64,000 nt of DNA. It comes from Candidatus Latescibacterota bacterium (GTDB lineage Bacteria > Latescibacterota > UBA2968). Every line of letters begins with the position of its first letter. Position 1 is the first letter of the stretch. The position numbers were made by a program, and so were the translations under genes. The notes below the pieces were generated by a model. The model worked only from the letters and a program-made list of their open reading frames with translations. It did no database searches and was not told the origin of the DNA. Below are positions 49,801-57,595 of this stretch, one piece after another. The stretch is taken from assembly GCA_965204375.1 (NCBI GenBank), contig OZ241986.1, positions 1,280,001-1,344,000 of the forward strand, given 5' to 3'.

Positions 49801-50090
49801 CTGGCTCGCCGAATCGACGGACGGACCGGGGGCCAGTGGATGCGTCAACGGACTTTTCTATGGAAAAGACCTTTAATTCCGGTGGTCGAGTGCGGCCGTC
49901 GTTCTTTATCGAGATCCGCAATGTGTTCAATGATAAGGCCGATACGGGTGGCGGGCAGAACTACATGCGGTGGGGGCTGCAAATGGCACCGCCCGATAAC
50001 AGCGACTTTATCAATTACGGCGATTTTGGCGACCGGAGCTACTTCCGTGCGCCAAGGCGGACGAATCTGGGCTTCCGGGTGGTCTTTTAA
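46872..50090 (+). CDS. TonB-dependent receptor-like protein with N-terminal carboxypeptidase-regulatory-like domain
   Basis: TGKISGRVVD..GEPLPGANV, plug (VRG..DG..PAEYGDA), YVQDKMEF..NAGVRLD, SPRLGISHPITD, C-terminal PRR..LGFRVVF. Confidence 0.88.
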   Translation: MSRRLYILAGIFTLVAALGLTDAFAGSTGKISGRVVDGKGEPLPGANVVIKDSRQGATADAEGHYVILAVDPGTYELVASLIGYNTVTKQGVQVSVDATTPLDFDLQERTIEAEEIVVQAEAPLVERDKTSTKYTVSADEIRQAPIIRTTSEFISLLPGVDMGGTFSVRGSDYARAVQPVIWATSGYNSADVYVIVDGVRVPRGDGNSAGLFTGVNKSAVQQMSVETGVAPAEYGDAKAGSISIVTRDGGKEYHGWTEITYEPAGKKHWGADIYDAPAHKDNMKWDDPEWVREIDPQTGRVIHVRENYTGYHGAVLEGSLMGPIGSKASFVVSQKHERRAPVYPDAENHGFYSDSQRGRFINAPDNIQGSGNITFRPSPNTKLKVGLVLQHFTAYNGEVNNRNYGAQGFIRSNRSSRAGLRNLFLPKQWSAGGRYKFQEDLEYLTFTHTISPRTFYEIRIARSQTSQDTIEAPAFTTQPRLDQDRWFYIDRDVAMWIDSKRTRWSVKGDLSSQITKGNLVKTGFELIRWDARFVQYGSRSATDHWISFYSGGDEPWRNGSPASPIRGAIYVQDKMEFEGIVVNAGVRLDFEKTTHEELISAPWLGMPMWYWYTTRSLAYGEGSVPSGFEASGKFAQTPPWRFHLSPRLGISHPITDRMAMHYSIGQFVQWIDLFQMYAKAYRNYGLLGTDGDPNWQDLNKNGVRDPAEEWTNLRPNASGIAGDPHEARAEKSMTFEVGVDWNFVSDYAASMTVFYRSDTNQYSSDGSSMSIAGGRGGAIRGAANSYLQWNKGLELALGKRMSNYFSFRLAWYLQWGTRGWAGRQNSSRWEYPDSNFVASAEYWRFTDVASDGSRVPVVMTQSDIEKFGRSQENIARSFTRRYANDDLWFFGQMPEVQDMDVVAYRRMNSRGGVRYGPMRNYGAIGASRTSQANLQFVVNTPSDVKFGPSFLSWLVSDLNANLLWRLRSGSRVNWTPPGSPNRRTDRGPVDASTDFSMEKTFNSGGRVRPSFFIEIRNVFNDKADTGGGQNYMRWGLQMAPPDNSDFINYGDFGDRSYFRAPRRTNLGFRVVF

Positions 50091-50106
50091 CCTGTGAATA
50101 AAGAGG

Positions 50107-50130
50107 GGGAGCGGCTTCCGGGCCGCTCCC
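50107..50130 (+). other. GC-rich intergenic hairpin between receptor and CTD-protein genes
   Basis: gggagcggc-ttccgg-gccgctccc; no U-tract. Confidence 0.5.
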
Positions 50131-50168
50131 TGCATGCGATGAACCGGAGATGGAAGGAGGAACAGACG

Positions 50169-52517
50169 ATGAGCGTACCACGATGGATAATGGCTGTTGC
50201 GATCGGTGCGGCGTTGTTCCTGTGTGCGGAGCCTCAGACCCGGGCCGAGAAGTTGCAACGGCCTATGATTCAGGTCGGGGTGACGACCATGGGCTACCAC
50301 GGTGGGTACCTGCGCACGGGGGACGAAAACTTTTTGCTATATCCCAGCAACCTCCGGCGGCCCGGAGGGTATGGCGACAACAAGCTCAAAGGCACGGCCG
50401 AGCACCTCGCCTATTACATGCGCCAGCGCGCAGGGCACGGGGTGTGGTCGTTTACATCGGACCAGGTCGTGATTTATACAGGTCCCCGCAGGGACAAGGA
50501 CGATTTGCTGATGCCGATGCAATACGATGTGAGCGCCCACCCGGAACTGTCGAAACTGGGCCGGGGGGGTGTAAATAGACCGTATATTCTCTATCGCCCC
50601 AGAGTGCAGATGGGGAACGGGGAGCCGTTTCCCGCCGGGCTTGATGAGACGAGCCTGGGCGGGAACTGGTGGCCGGGGTCGGAACTGATTGAGGAGTGGA
50701 AGCGGACCGGCGATGTGCGAGCCGTCCACATCAACAATTTCAATCTCTCTGAGTATTCCAATTTCGACGAGTGGCCCGAAGAGATGATTGTGGTGAAGTG
50801 GACGAACGCGCAGGGATTGACGTTTACAGAACGCGTATCCGGCTGGAGCCATCCCGATTTCGACGATTTTTTTCTCGATGAGTATATAATTGAAAATACA
50901 GGCGATAAGAATGGAGATGGCGAGCCAGACGGGCCGGTGCTCGATCAGAGAGATGTCTATATCGGGTTTATGGACCGATTCGCTCCCTCTGCTTCCGGGG
51001 CGCACTCGCAGTGGGGTGCCTATTGGAGGGAGGAACGGACTTTTATCATGGATGACTGGTACACCTATGATACGACTCTCAAGCTCCTCTTCTCATGGGA
51101 TGGAGACCACCCGTTGTACGGAGACTGGGATGACACGGGTGACCCATATAAGGATGCGTTTGCATTCAAGCGCCTCGGTCAGCCGGAGAATACGCTGATG
51201 AGCCCCATGCACCTGGGCGTGGGCGTGATCGCGTACACGGACGATCCCACAAGTCCTTACGGGTTCAATGCGCGTGATAGGAACCAGGGTTATATCGTCC
51301 CCCGGGGAGACCAGCCCTTTGCCGTGCGTTACTGGGAGTCGTTTTCCAACTCCGTTCAGGATGATCCCCGTGGAGAGACCACGTCGGACCCGGAGATGTA
51401 CAGCATGATTGTAGGCCCCGGCCCTCAGATCACGGAGGGAAAACCCTCACATGTTCCGAGTGGACAGTTCTCCATGCTGGTCTTCGGGCCTTACGACCTG
51501 CCTCCGGGCGGAAAGGCCAAGATCGTGCTGGCCTATGCAGGCGGACATCCCGGGCAGATGCTCGGGAATACGGATATGTGGACATGGGCGTTTAAGGGGA
51601 ACCAGGCCGAGTTGCCCAAGGGCCTGGACGCGCTCAAGCAGAATATTGAGGCTGCACAATTTGCCTACGACAATGCCTTCGATATTCCGGACGCGCCCCC
51701 GGATGTGAATTTCCGGAGTGGCAGCAGCCCGGACGCACAGATGCAACTGGAATGGTCTGCTGATATTGAGAACGCGGTGCATCCGGACTACGGTACAAAC
51801 GACATCGCCGGGTACCGGGTCTATCGTTCCACCTGGTTCGATATAGGCCCCTGGGAGTTGATCGCCGATTTCAAGGTGGGTGAGGCTCCGGATGAAACCG
51901 GCTACAAGGTAGAGCGCAACGGCGCCGATTACGTGTTCACTGACAAGAATTCCGTTGCCGGATTCTTTTATCACTACAGCGTGCGTGCCTACCAGATGCC
52001 TCACACGGGCTGGACATCGGGAAGCAGCGATCCGACGCTTCATCCGCTATCTATGGCAGATCTGCCGTCGCATATCGCCTCGCACCTGCAGGTGGGGCAA
52101 GAGGGAGGCTGGTCTGCACAGACACAGCGGATCTACGCATCCGAGTCGCCCTTTGCGGTTCCTTCCGGGGAGTCGGATGCGTCCGGGGCCCAGGTGCGGG
52201 TGGTGCCCAATCCCTATATCGGATCCGGGTTTGCCAGCGTGGTGGGCGAGGAGTCGCATTCCTATGGTGGTGCTCCCAAGATCCGATTCGTAGGTATTCC
52301 ATCGCATTGCCGGATCCGCATCTTTTCAGTATCCGGAGAACTGGTGGGCGATATTACGCATACCGATCGGGACAAAGGAGAGACCGACTACGATCAGCTT
52401 TCGTGGAACAACCTGACGGAGATCGCCACAGGGGTCTATTTTTACGTGGTGGAGAATCTGATCGATGGAGCCGATAAGGGGAAGATACAGCGAGGCACTT
52501 TCATGATCATCCGATAG
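50169..52517 (+). CDS. Exported protein with FnIII-like domain and T9SS-type C-terminal sorting domain
   Basis: Signal peptide; AGYRVYRS..YVFTD..YHYSVRAY FnIII; VRVVPNPY..IRF..CRIRIFSVSGELV..IATGVYFYVVE..GTFMIIR. Confidence 0.75.
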   Translation: MSVPRWIMAVAIGAALFLCAEPQTRAEKLQRPMIQVGVTTMGYHGGYLRTGDENFLLYPSNLRRPGGYGDNKLKGTAEHLAYYMRQRAGHGVWSFTSDQVVIYTGPRRDKDDLLMPMQYDVSAHPELSKLGRGGVNRPYILYRPRVQMGNGEPFPAGLDETSLGGNWWPGSELIEEWKRTGDVRAVHINNFNLSEYSNFDEWPEEMIVVKWTNAQGLTFTERVSGWSHPDFDDFFLDEYIIENTGDKNGDGEPDGPVLDQRDVYIGFMDRFAPSASGAHSQWGAYWREERTFIMDDWYTYDTTLKLLFSWDGDHPLYGDWDDTGDPYKDAFAFKRLGQPENTLMSPMHLGVGVIAYTDDPTSPYGFNARDRNQGYIVPRGDQPFAVRYWESFSNSVQDDPRGETTSDPEMYSMIVGPGPQITEGKPSHVPSGQFSMLVFGPYDLPPGGKAKIVLAYAGGHPGQMLGNTDMWTWAFKGNQAELPKGLDALKQNIEAAQFAYDNAFDIPDAPPDVNFRSGSSPDAQMQLEWSADIENAVHPDYGTNDIAGYRVYRSTWFDIGPWELIADFKVGEAPDETGYKVERNGADYVFTDKNSVAGFFYHYSVRAYQMPHTGWTSGSSDPTLHPLSMADLPSHIASHLQVGQEGGWSAQTQRIYASESPFAVPSGESDASGAQVRVVPNPYIGSGFASVVGEESHSYGGAPKIRFVGIPSHCRIRIFSVSGELVGDITHTDRDKGETDYDQLSWNNLTEIATGVYFYVVENLIDGADKGKIQRGTFMIIR

Positions 52518-52535
52518 ATAAAAGGGGGTAGAACC

Positions 52536-53519
52536 GTGAGACAGTTTTGCTTGATACTCCTGCTTGCCGGAATGGGGGTGCTCCTGTCTGCACCTCCGGG
52601 CAGAGCGGATGTGCAGGAATTTATAGATTACCGCTTTGACATGCACAAGTTTTCCGGCCTGGGCGGTTTCCAGTTTCTCAAGATTGGACAGGGCGCACGA
52701 CCCGTGGCTATGGGAGATGCGTATATGGCCGTGGCCGATGACATCAACGCGATTTTCTGGAATCCAGCGGGGCTGACCGAGATCCGCCGCCTGGCCTGGA
52801 CGGCTACGTACACAAAGTGGTTGGTAGATTCTTATGTTTTTTCCGGGGCTGTGGCCTGGAACACGCGCACGGCCATGGGCGGGGTGATCGGGATGAGCGT
52901 GATCGGCTTCCAGCCCGGCGAGTTTGAAGAAACTACGATTTTCCAGCCGCTGGGCACGGGGCAGAATGTATCTGCCGGAGATATAGGTATCAGCGCGGTC
53001 TATGCGTTGAGGCTGACAGACAAGTTTTCGTTCGGTGCCAGAATATCCTGGCTGCACCAAACCCTTTATACATTTAGCATCAATCAGGTCTCCATCGATG
53101 TGGGAACGCATTTCCACACGGGCTTTAAGAGCCTGCGTCTGGGCATGGGGTTGCGGAACTTCGGTCCGGACAAAAGGGTTCTGTCGAGCACTTTTCTCAT
53201 GCCGTTGCAGTACAATGTGGCGCTGGCCGCAGAGGTTTTCGGGGAGAAGGGCGATCCGACGTATCTGACGGTGTCGGGGGAGACGCTTTATGCCACGGAT
53301 TACGACCTGCGCGCCCTATTGGGAGCCGAACTGTGGGTGCAGAATATGCTTGCACTGCGAGGTGGCTACAAGTTCGCCTACCAGACGGACAGTTACAGTC
53401 TGGGCGTGGGGCTGAAAAAGGAGATTGCCGGTGACCGAGCGTTGACCGTAGATATCGCTTACTCGAAAATGGAGTGGTTCACTGCTCCCATCCGGGTGAC
53501 GGTCGGAGGAGTGTTCTGA
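52536..53519 (+). CDS. PorV/PorQ-family outer-membrane barrel
   Basis: FLKIGQGARPVAMGDAY.A.ADD..AIFWNPAGL, DVG, LALRGGY, terminal F. Confidence 0.85.
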   Translation: MRQFCLILLLAGMGVLLSAPPGRADVQEFIDYRFDMHKFSGLGGFQFLKIGQGARPVAMGDAYMAVADDINAIFWNPAGLTEIRRLAWTATYTKWLVDSYVFSGAVAWNTRTAMGGVIGMSVIGFQPGEFEETTIFQPLGTGQNVSAGDIGISAVYALRLTDKFSFGARISWLHQTLYTFSINQVSIDVGTHFHTGFKSLRLGMGLRNFGPDKRVLSSTFLMPLQYNVALAAEVFGEKGDPTYLTVSGETLYATDYDLRALLGAELWVQNMLALRGGYKFAYQTDSYSLGVGLKKEIAGDRALTVDIAYSKMEWFTAPIRVTVGGVF

Positions 53520-53695
53520 GAAAAGGTCGATGGCTGACTGTTTTATAGACGACAAAGACAAACCGGGAGGGCTGTTCGGTCCGATGGGAAGCGCAATGGG
53601 CCGAATAGCCCTTGACTCTACGAACCGGCGGTTCTCTTTTTAAATAGAAGGGAACAGCCGGTTATTTTTATCCATACTCACAAGGAGGGCAGGGC

Positions 53696-54634
53696 GTGGA
53701 TAGGCTTCGCATCTGTTATATCGGTGCTGGCCGGTTTACGAATCGGCGCAATTTTCCGCATCTCGCAGAGCACAACGTAGATCTCGTTGCGGTCTGCGAT
53801 CTGGAGGAGGAGAAGGCGAGGAAGGCGCAGGAGGAGTACGGATTTGGAAAGGTGTACACCGATTTCCGGGAGATGTTGGAAAAAGAGAAACCGGATGCCG
53901 TTTTCTGCGTGGGACCTCACCGGATGCACTACGGCGTGGGGAAGGAGGTGCTCGAGATGGGCTTCCCGCTTTACACGCAAAAGCCGCCAGCGGCTAATGG
54001 GCAGATGGCGCAGGAGATGGCGGATATTGCGAAGCGCAAGGGCGTGACAGCGCACACCGGATTTACGTTGCGGTTTTCGAAGGCATTTCGGGATATGAAG
54101 CGCGTGATGGAAAGCGGGACATTCGGCAGGCCAACGCTGTGCATCGTGCGGTATATGGTCCGGACCGGATCGGATCTGAGGGCAGCGGCGATCGATATGA
54201 ACTCACACGCGGTAGATGCTGGTCGGTTCTTTATGGGGGATATCGAGGAACTGAAGGTCGAAGGGGGCAGGCAGGAGGGCGTTCGCAGCTATGTGGCGAC
54301 TGCGTCGTTTAAAAGTGGGGCTGTCGGGACCTTTAATTTCAGTTCGGGCATGATGGGGGGCGAGATTATGGATGTCCAGATCGTCGGTGAGGAGGGCCAT
54401 GTGTTGACTGACCGACGCTATAAGGCACCCGGAAAGCCCGAAGAGAGAATCGGAGTGCTCGAAGCGGGCCAGGGAACGCACCACGCGTCCGGAAGTTGGT
54501 GGGATGTGGAGAACTATCTGAATGCGGTACGTGGGGCGGAAGAAGATATTTCTCCCATACAAAGCGCGGCGAGAACCATGCAGGATGTGGATGTGATTAT
54601 CGCGCAGCTCGAAGAGATGGGCGCTGCGCTCTGA
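53696..54634 (+). CDS. Gfo/Idh/MocA oxidoreductase
   Basis: IGAG, AVCD, QKP (EKP variant), DxxSHxxD. Confidence 0.88.
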   Translation: MDRLRICYIGAGRFTNRRNFPHLAEHNVDLVAVCDLEEEKARKAQEEYGFGKVYTDFREMLEKEKPDAVFCVGPHRMHYGVGKEVLEMGFPLYTQKPPAANGQMAQEMADIAKRKGVTAHTGFTLRFSKAFRDMKRVMESGTFGRPTLCIVRYMVRTGSDLRAAAIDMNSHAVDAGRFFMGDIEELKVEGGRQEGVRSYVATASFKSGAVGTFNFSSGMMGGEIMDVQIVGEEGHVLTDRRYKAPGKPEERIGVLEAGQGTHHASGSWWDVENYLNAVRGAEEDISPIQSAARTMQDVDVIIAQLEEMGAAL

Positions 54635-54656
54635 TAGGTACAAAGGAGGGGTCTCG

Positions 54657-55460
54657 GTGGGGGGTAAGAAGGTATTGTATTTCACACGGCATACGGTATA
54701 TACTCTCAACGCACTTCCAGATCCTTTGAAGCCCCTGAAGGGGCCGAGTTTGTCGGATCAGGTGATGGCGGCGATTGGTGAGAAGGGAGGGTTTGCGGTG
54801 GATTGCACGCGGGACGGAGAGGTGTTCGACGGCGATCTGAGCGCGTATGGAGCGTTTGTATTCTTCTCGTCGGGATCGCTTCAGCAGTTGATGGGCCCCG
54901 AGAGCACGCAGGGTTCACCCCCGATTTCCGAACACGGTAAGGTGCAGTTTTTCCAGGCACTGGCCGAAGGTGCCGGGTTCGTGGGGCTTCGGAATGCGGT
55001 TTCGTGCTCGCAGGACATTATCGGATGTTCCTACAACGGCCATGCGCCGACGCAGGAGGGGAGGATGGTGGTGAAGTCTCCGAATTTCCCCGGGCTTGAG
55101 AAGGCCGCAGAATCGTTCGCGATTCGGGATCCGTGGTACACGTTCAAGGCGTTTAAGAAAGATACGCATGTGATTCTCGCGCAGGATACTGAGGTGGCGA
55201 AGAAGGCTGAGGTGCCACCCGAGCGGCAGGAGATGCATCAGAAGATTCTGCGTCCCCCGTATCCGGCCACCTGGGTCCGTGTGAATGGGAGGTCGCGGGT
55301 GTTCTACACGAGCATGGGCAACTTTGACGAGACGTGGACCAATCCGATCTTTCAGGAAATGATGCTGGGAGCCATCCGGTGGACGATGGGCTTAGTGGAT
55401 GCCGATGTGAGTCCGAATATCGATGAGGCTACCCCGCAGGCGAACCAGACAGAGTGGTAA
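54657..55460 (+). CDS. ThuA-like (class I glutamine amidotransferase fold) protein
   Basis: VLYFTR, GAGFVG, YPATWVR..GRSRVFYTSMG, W..PIFQ..GAIRW. Confidence 0.75.
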   Translation: MGGKKVLYFTRHTVYTLNALPDPLKPLKGPSLSDQVMAAIGEKGGFAVDCTRDGEVFDGDLSAYGAFVFFSSGSLQQLMGPESTQGSPPISEHGKVQFFQALAEGAGFVGLRNAVSCSQDIIGCSYNGHAPTQEGRMVVKSPNFPGLEKAAESFAIRDPWYTFKAFKKDTHVILAQDTEVAKKAEVPPERQEMHQKILRPPYPATWVRVNGRSRVFYTSMGNFDETWTNPIFQEMMLGAIRWTMGLVDADVSPNIDEATPQANQTEW

Positions 55461-55471
55461 GGAGGTTATTT

Positions 55472-56689
55472 GTGGCAAGAATTATCGTTGGTTTCGAAGG
55501 AAGCTGTCCGCAAAGCGAGGAGGGCGTCCGACAGGAGGGCAAGAACCGATTTCGCATCTTTCCATCGTGGCGTCCAGGTCCCGGGATCAGCGAAGAGGCC
55601 GTTGGCCACAGTACCCGGCTGGGTCTGAAATTGGTGAATGAATCACAGGCGGATGAGACTGTGGCGCTCCTGATAGACTGGCAGTGCGACGAAGCGCCGC
55701 CGGATATGCCCCGGGGTTTCAGCTCGAGCACGTATATGTCCTACCGCGATTTCATAGTCGTCCGAGAGCCGGAGCACGAGGTATGGCGCACGGTGATGGG
55801 AGATGTGGAAGGTTCGGTGGCAGAATTTGAGCTGAATATTTCGCCGGGTGAGACGGAAGTTCACTGGCATCCGCCATATACTTATACGCAGAGTGAAGCA
55901 TTTGTAGATTCGCTTCGGGCGCATCCGCTGGTGCAGGTTGAGCAGATCGGGAAGAGCGAGGAAGGGCGCAATCTACCGCTTTTGACAATTACAGATTCGG
56001 GGAAACGCGATAAGGCGTGCGTGCTGATCGTTTCGCGCTACCACGCGTATGAGAGCGCGTCGAGTTATGCGGTGGAGGGAATGGTTCAGTGGCTTTTGAG
56101 CGAAGATCCATGGGCGATTGCGGCGTTGCGGCGCTATGTTTTTTACATCGTTCCGATGGCCAATCCAGATGGGGTGGTGAACGGTATGGGACGGTTGACC
56201 GCCCCCCAGGGCGCAGACCTGATTATGTCATCTACAGCGCAGGACAATGCGCACCGGGTGCTCTGGGAAATGGTGGATCGGATTAAGCCTCAATTTTGTA
56301 TCGGTCTGCACAACTGGCAGAACAAACACAGCGATGGACTCCTGGGGCTGGAGCCTCATCTACGGAATCGGTTCCTGAAGTTTATGCCCGATCAGGTCGA
56401 GTTTGGGAAACAGTGGCATATCCGAGAGCCTCGGCCGGTAAGCTCCACACGACCGCAGCGCGAGTTGATGGGAGAGTATTGCCGCCGCGAGTTTGGCGCA
56501 CAAAGCGTGGGGTTGGAGTTTCCCTGGTTTGGCAGAACGCCGGATGACGTGCGGGAGACCGGACGAAAGACGGTCTGGGCATTGTTTCGGGCGCTGGATG
56601 AGCCTTCGCCGGGTGCCTGGCTTTACGATCCTCCCGAGAAGTTTACGCTGAGCAGTTACTGGGAAATGGGAGAGGACGGGACGGACTGA
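55472..56689 (+). CDS. M14 zinc carboxypeptidase-family protein
   Basis: IGKSEEGR, RYHAYES (HxxE), PMANPDG, LH, E. Confidence 0.8.
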   Translation: MARIIVGFEGSCPQSEEGVRQEGKNRFRIFPSWRPGPGISEEAVGHSTRLGLKLVNESQADETVALLIDWQCDEAPPDMPRGFSSSTYMSYRDFIVVREPEHEVWRTVMGDVEGSVAEFELNISPGETEVHWHPPYTYTQSEAFVDSLRAHPLVQVEQIGKSEEGRNLPLLTITDSGKRDKACVLIVSRYHAYESASSYAVEGMVQWLLSEDPWAIAALRRYVFYIVPMANPDGVVNGMGRLTAPQGADLIMSSTAQDNAHRVLWEMVDRIKPQFCIGLHNWQNKHSDGLLGLEPHLRNRFLKFMPDQVEFGKQWHIREPRPVSSTRPQRELMGEYCRREFGAQSVGLEFPWFGRTPDDVRETGRKTVWALFRALDEPSPGAWLYDPPEKFTLSSYWEMGEDGTD

Positions 56690-56722
56690 ACACGGTGCTG
56701 CGCGATGAGAAGGAGAGATAAC

Positions 56723-57595
56723 ATGTCGTTGCCCATTATCATGCATGTGAACTACTGCGAACAGGGTCAGACAATTCCCGAGATGTGCCGCAAGGCGGTG
56801 GCCTGGGGATTTGATGGGATTGAGTTCCGGCGAGTGCGTCGGGGCGTTGACGAGACGCCGGAAGCGTATGTAGATGAAGTAGGCAGAGCAGCGGAGGATG
56901 CGGGCCTCAAGCATGTGCTGTTCGGGGGGCCGGGGGTCAATCTGGCGGCGGAGGATGCAGACGAGCGGAAGGCGCAGATTGAGGAGGGTGTGCGCTTCTA
57001 CCGGCTGGCAGCCGAACGCGTCGAGCTGACGGTGTGCAACGTGGGCGCAGGAAGCATACCGAGGAGAGATCGGAGTGCGCCATCCTGGGATTACCACGCG
57101 AGTGGATCGGGGGCGGCAACGGAGGATCACTATAAGTGGGCGGCTGAAGGCTACCGCGAACTGGGCGCGGTGGCCGAGGAATTCGGATTCAAAATGGCGT
57201 TCGAGACGCATATGGGGTGCCTGACGGACCTTCCAGAGCCGACGGCAAAGCTGCTGGATATGATCGATTCACCGGCAGTGGGAGCGAATCTGGATTACGG
57301 CAATATGGCGTATTTTGTTAAAGCACCCACGTTGAGCGAGGCGATTTCTACGCTGAGCGGACGGATTTACATGGTGCATTTGAAGAATTCCCACGCGGTC
57401 AACGCGGGCGATCACATGGTGATGGTCAAGTGCCCGCTGGGCGAGGGGATGATCAACAACCGGGAGTTCCTGCGACTGTTGCGGGAGGATGGGTTTGACG
57501 GACCGATCTGCATTGAGGGGCCCAGGCAAGGGGATCGGGAGTGGTTCGCGCAGCAGGATATCCACTATCTGAAATCGGTGCTGAGCGATGGCTGA
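56723..57595 (+). CDS. Sugar phosphate isomerase/epimerase (xylose isomerase-like TIM barrel)
   Basis: GFDGIE, FETH, LDYGN, VHLKN, GEG, GFDG...E. Confidence 0.88.
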   Translation: MSLPIIMHVNYCEQGQTIPEMCRKAVAWGFDGIEFRRVRRGVDETPEAYVDEVGRAAEDAGLKHVLFGGPGVNLAAEDADERKAQIEEGVRFYRLAAERVELTVCNVGAGSIPRRDRSAPSWDYHASGSGAATEDHYKWAAEGYRELGAVAEEFGFKMAFETHMGCLTDLPEPTAKLLDMIDSPAVGANLDYGNMAYFVKAPTLSEAISTLSGRIYMVHLKNSHAVNAGDHMVMVKCPLGEGMINNREFLRLLREDGFDGPICIEGPRQGDREWFAQQDIHYLKSVLSDG

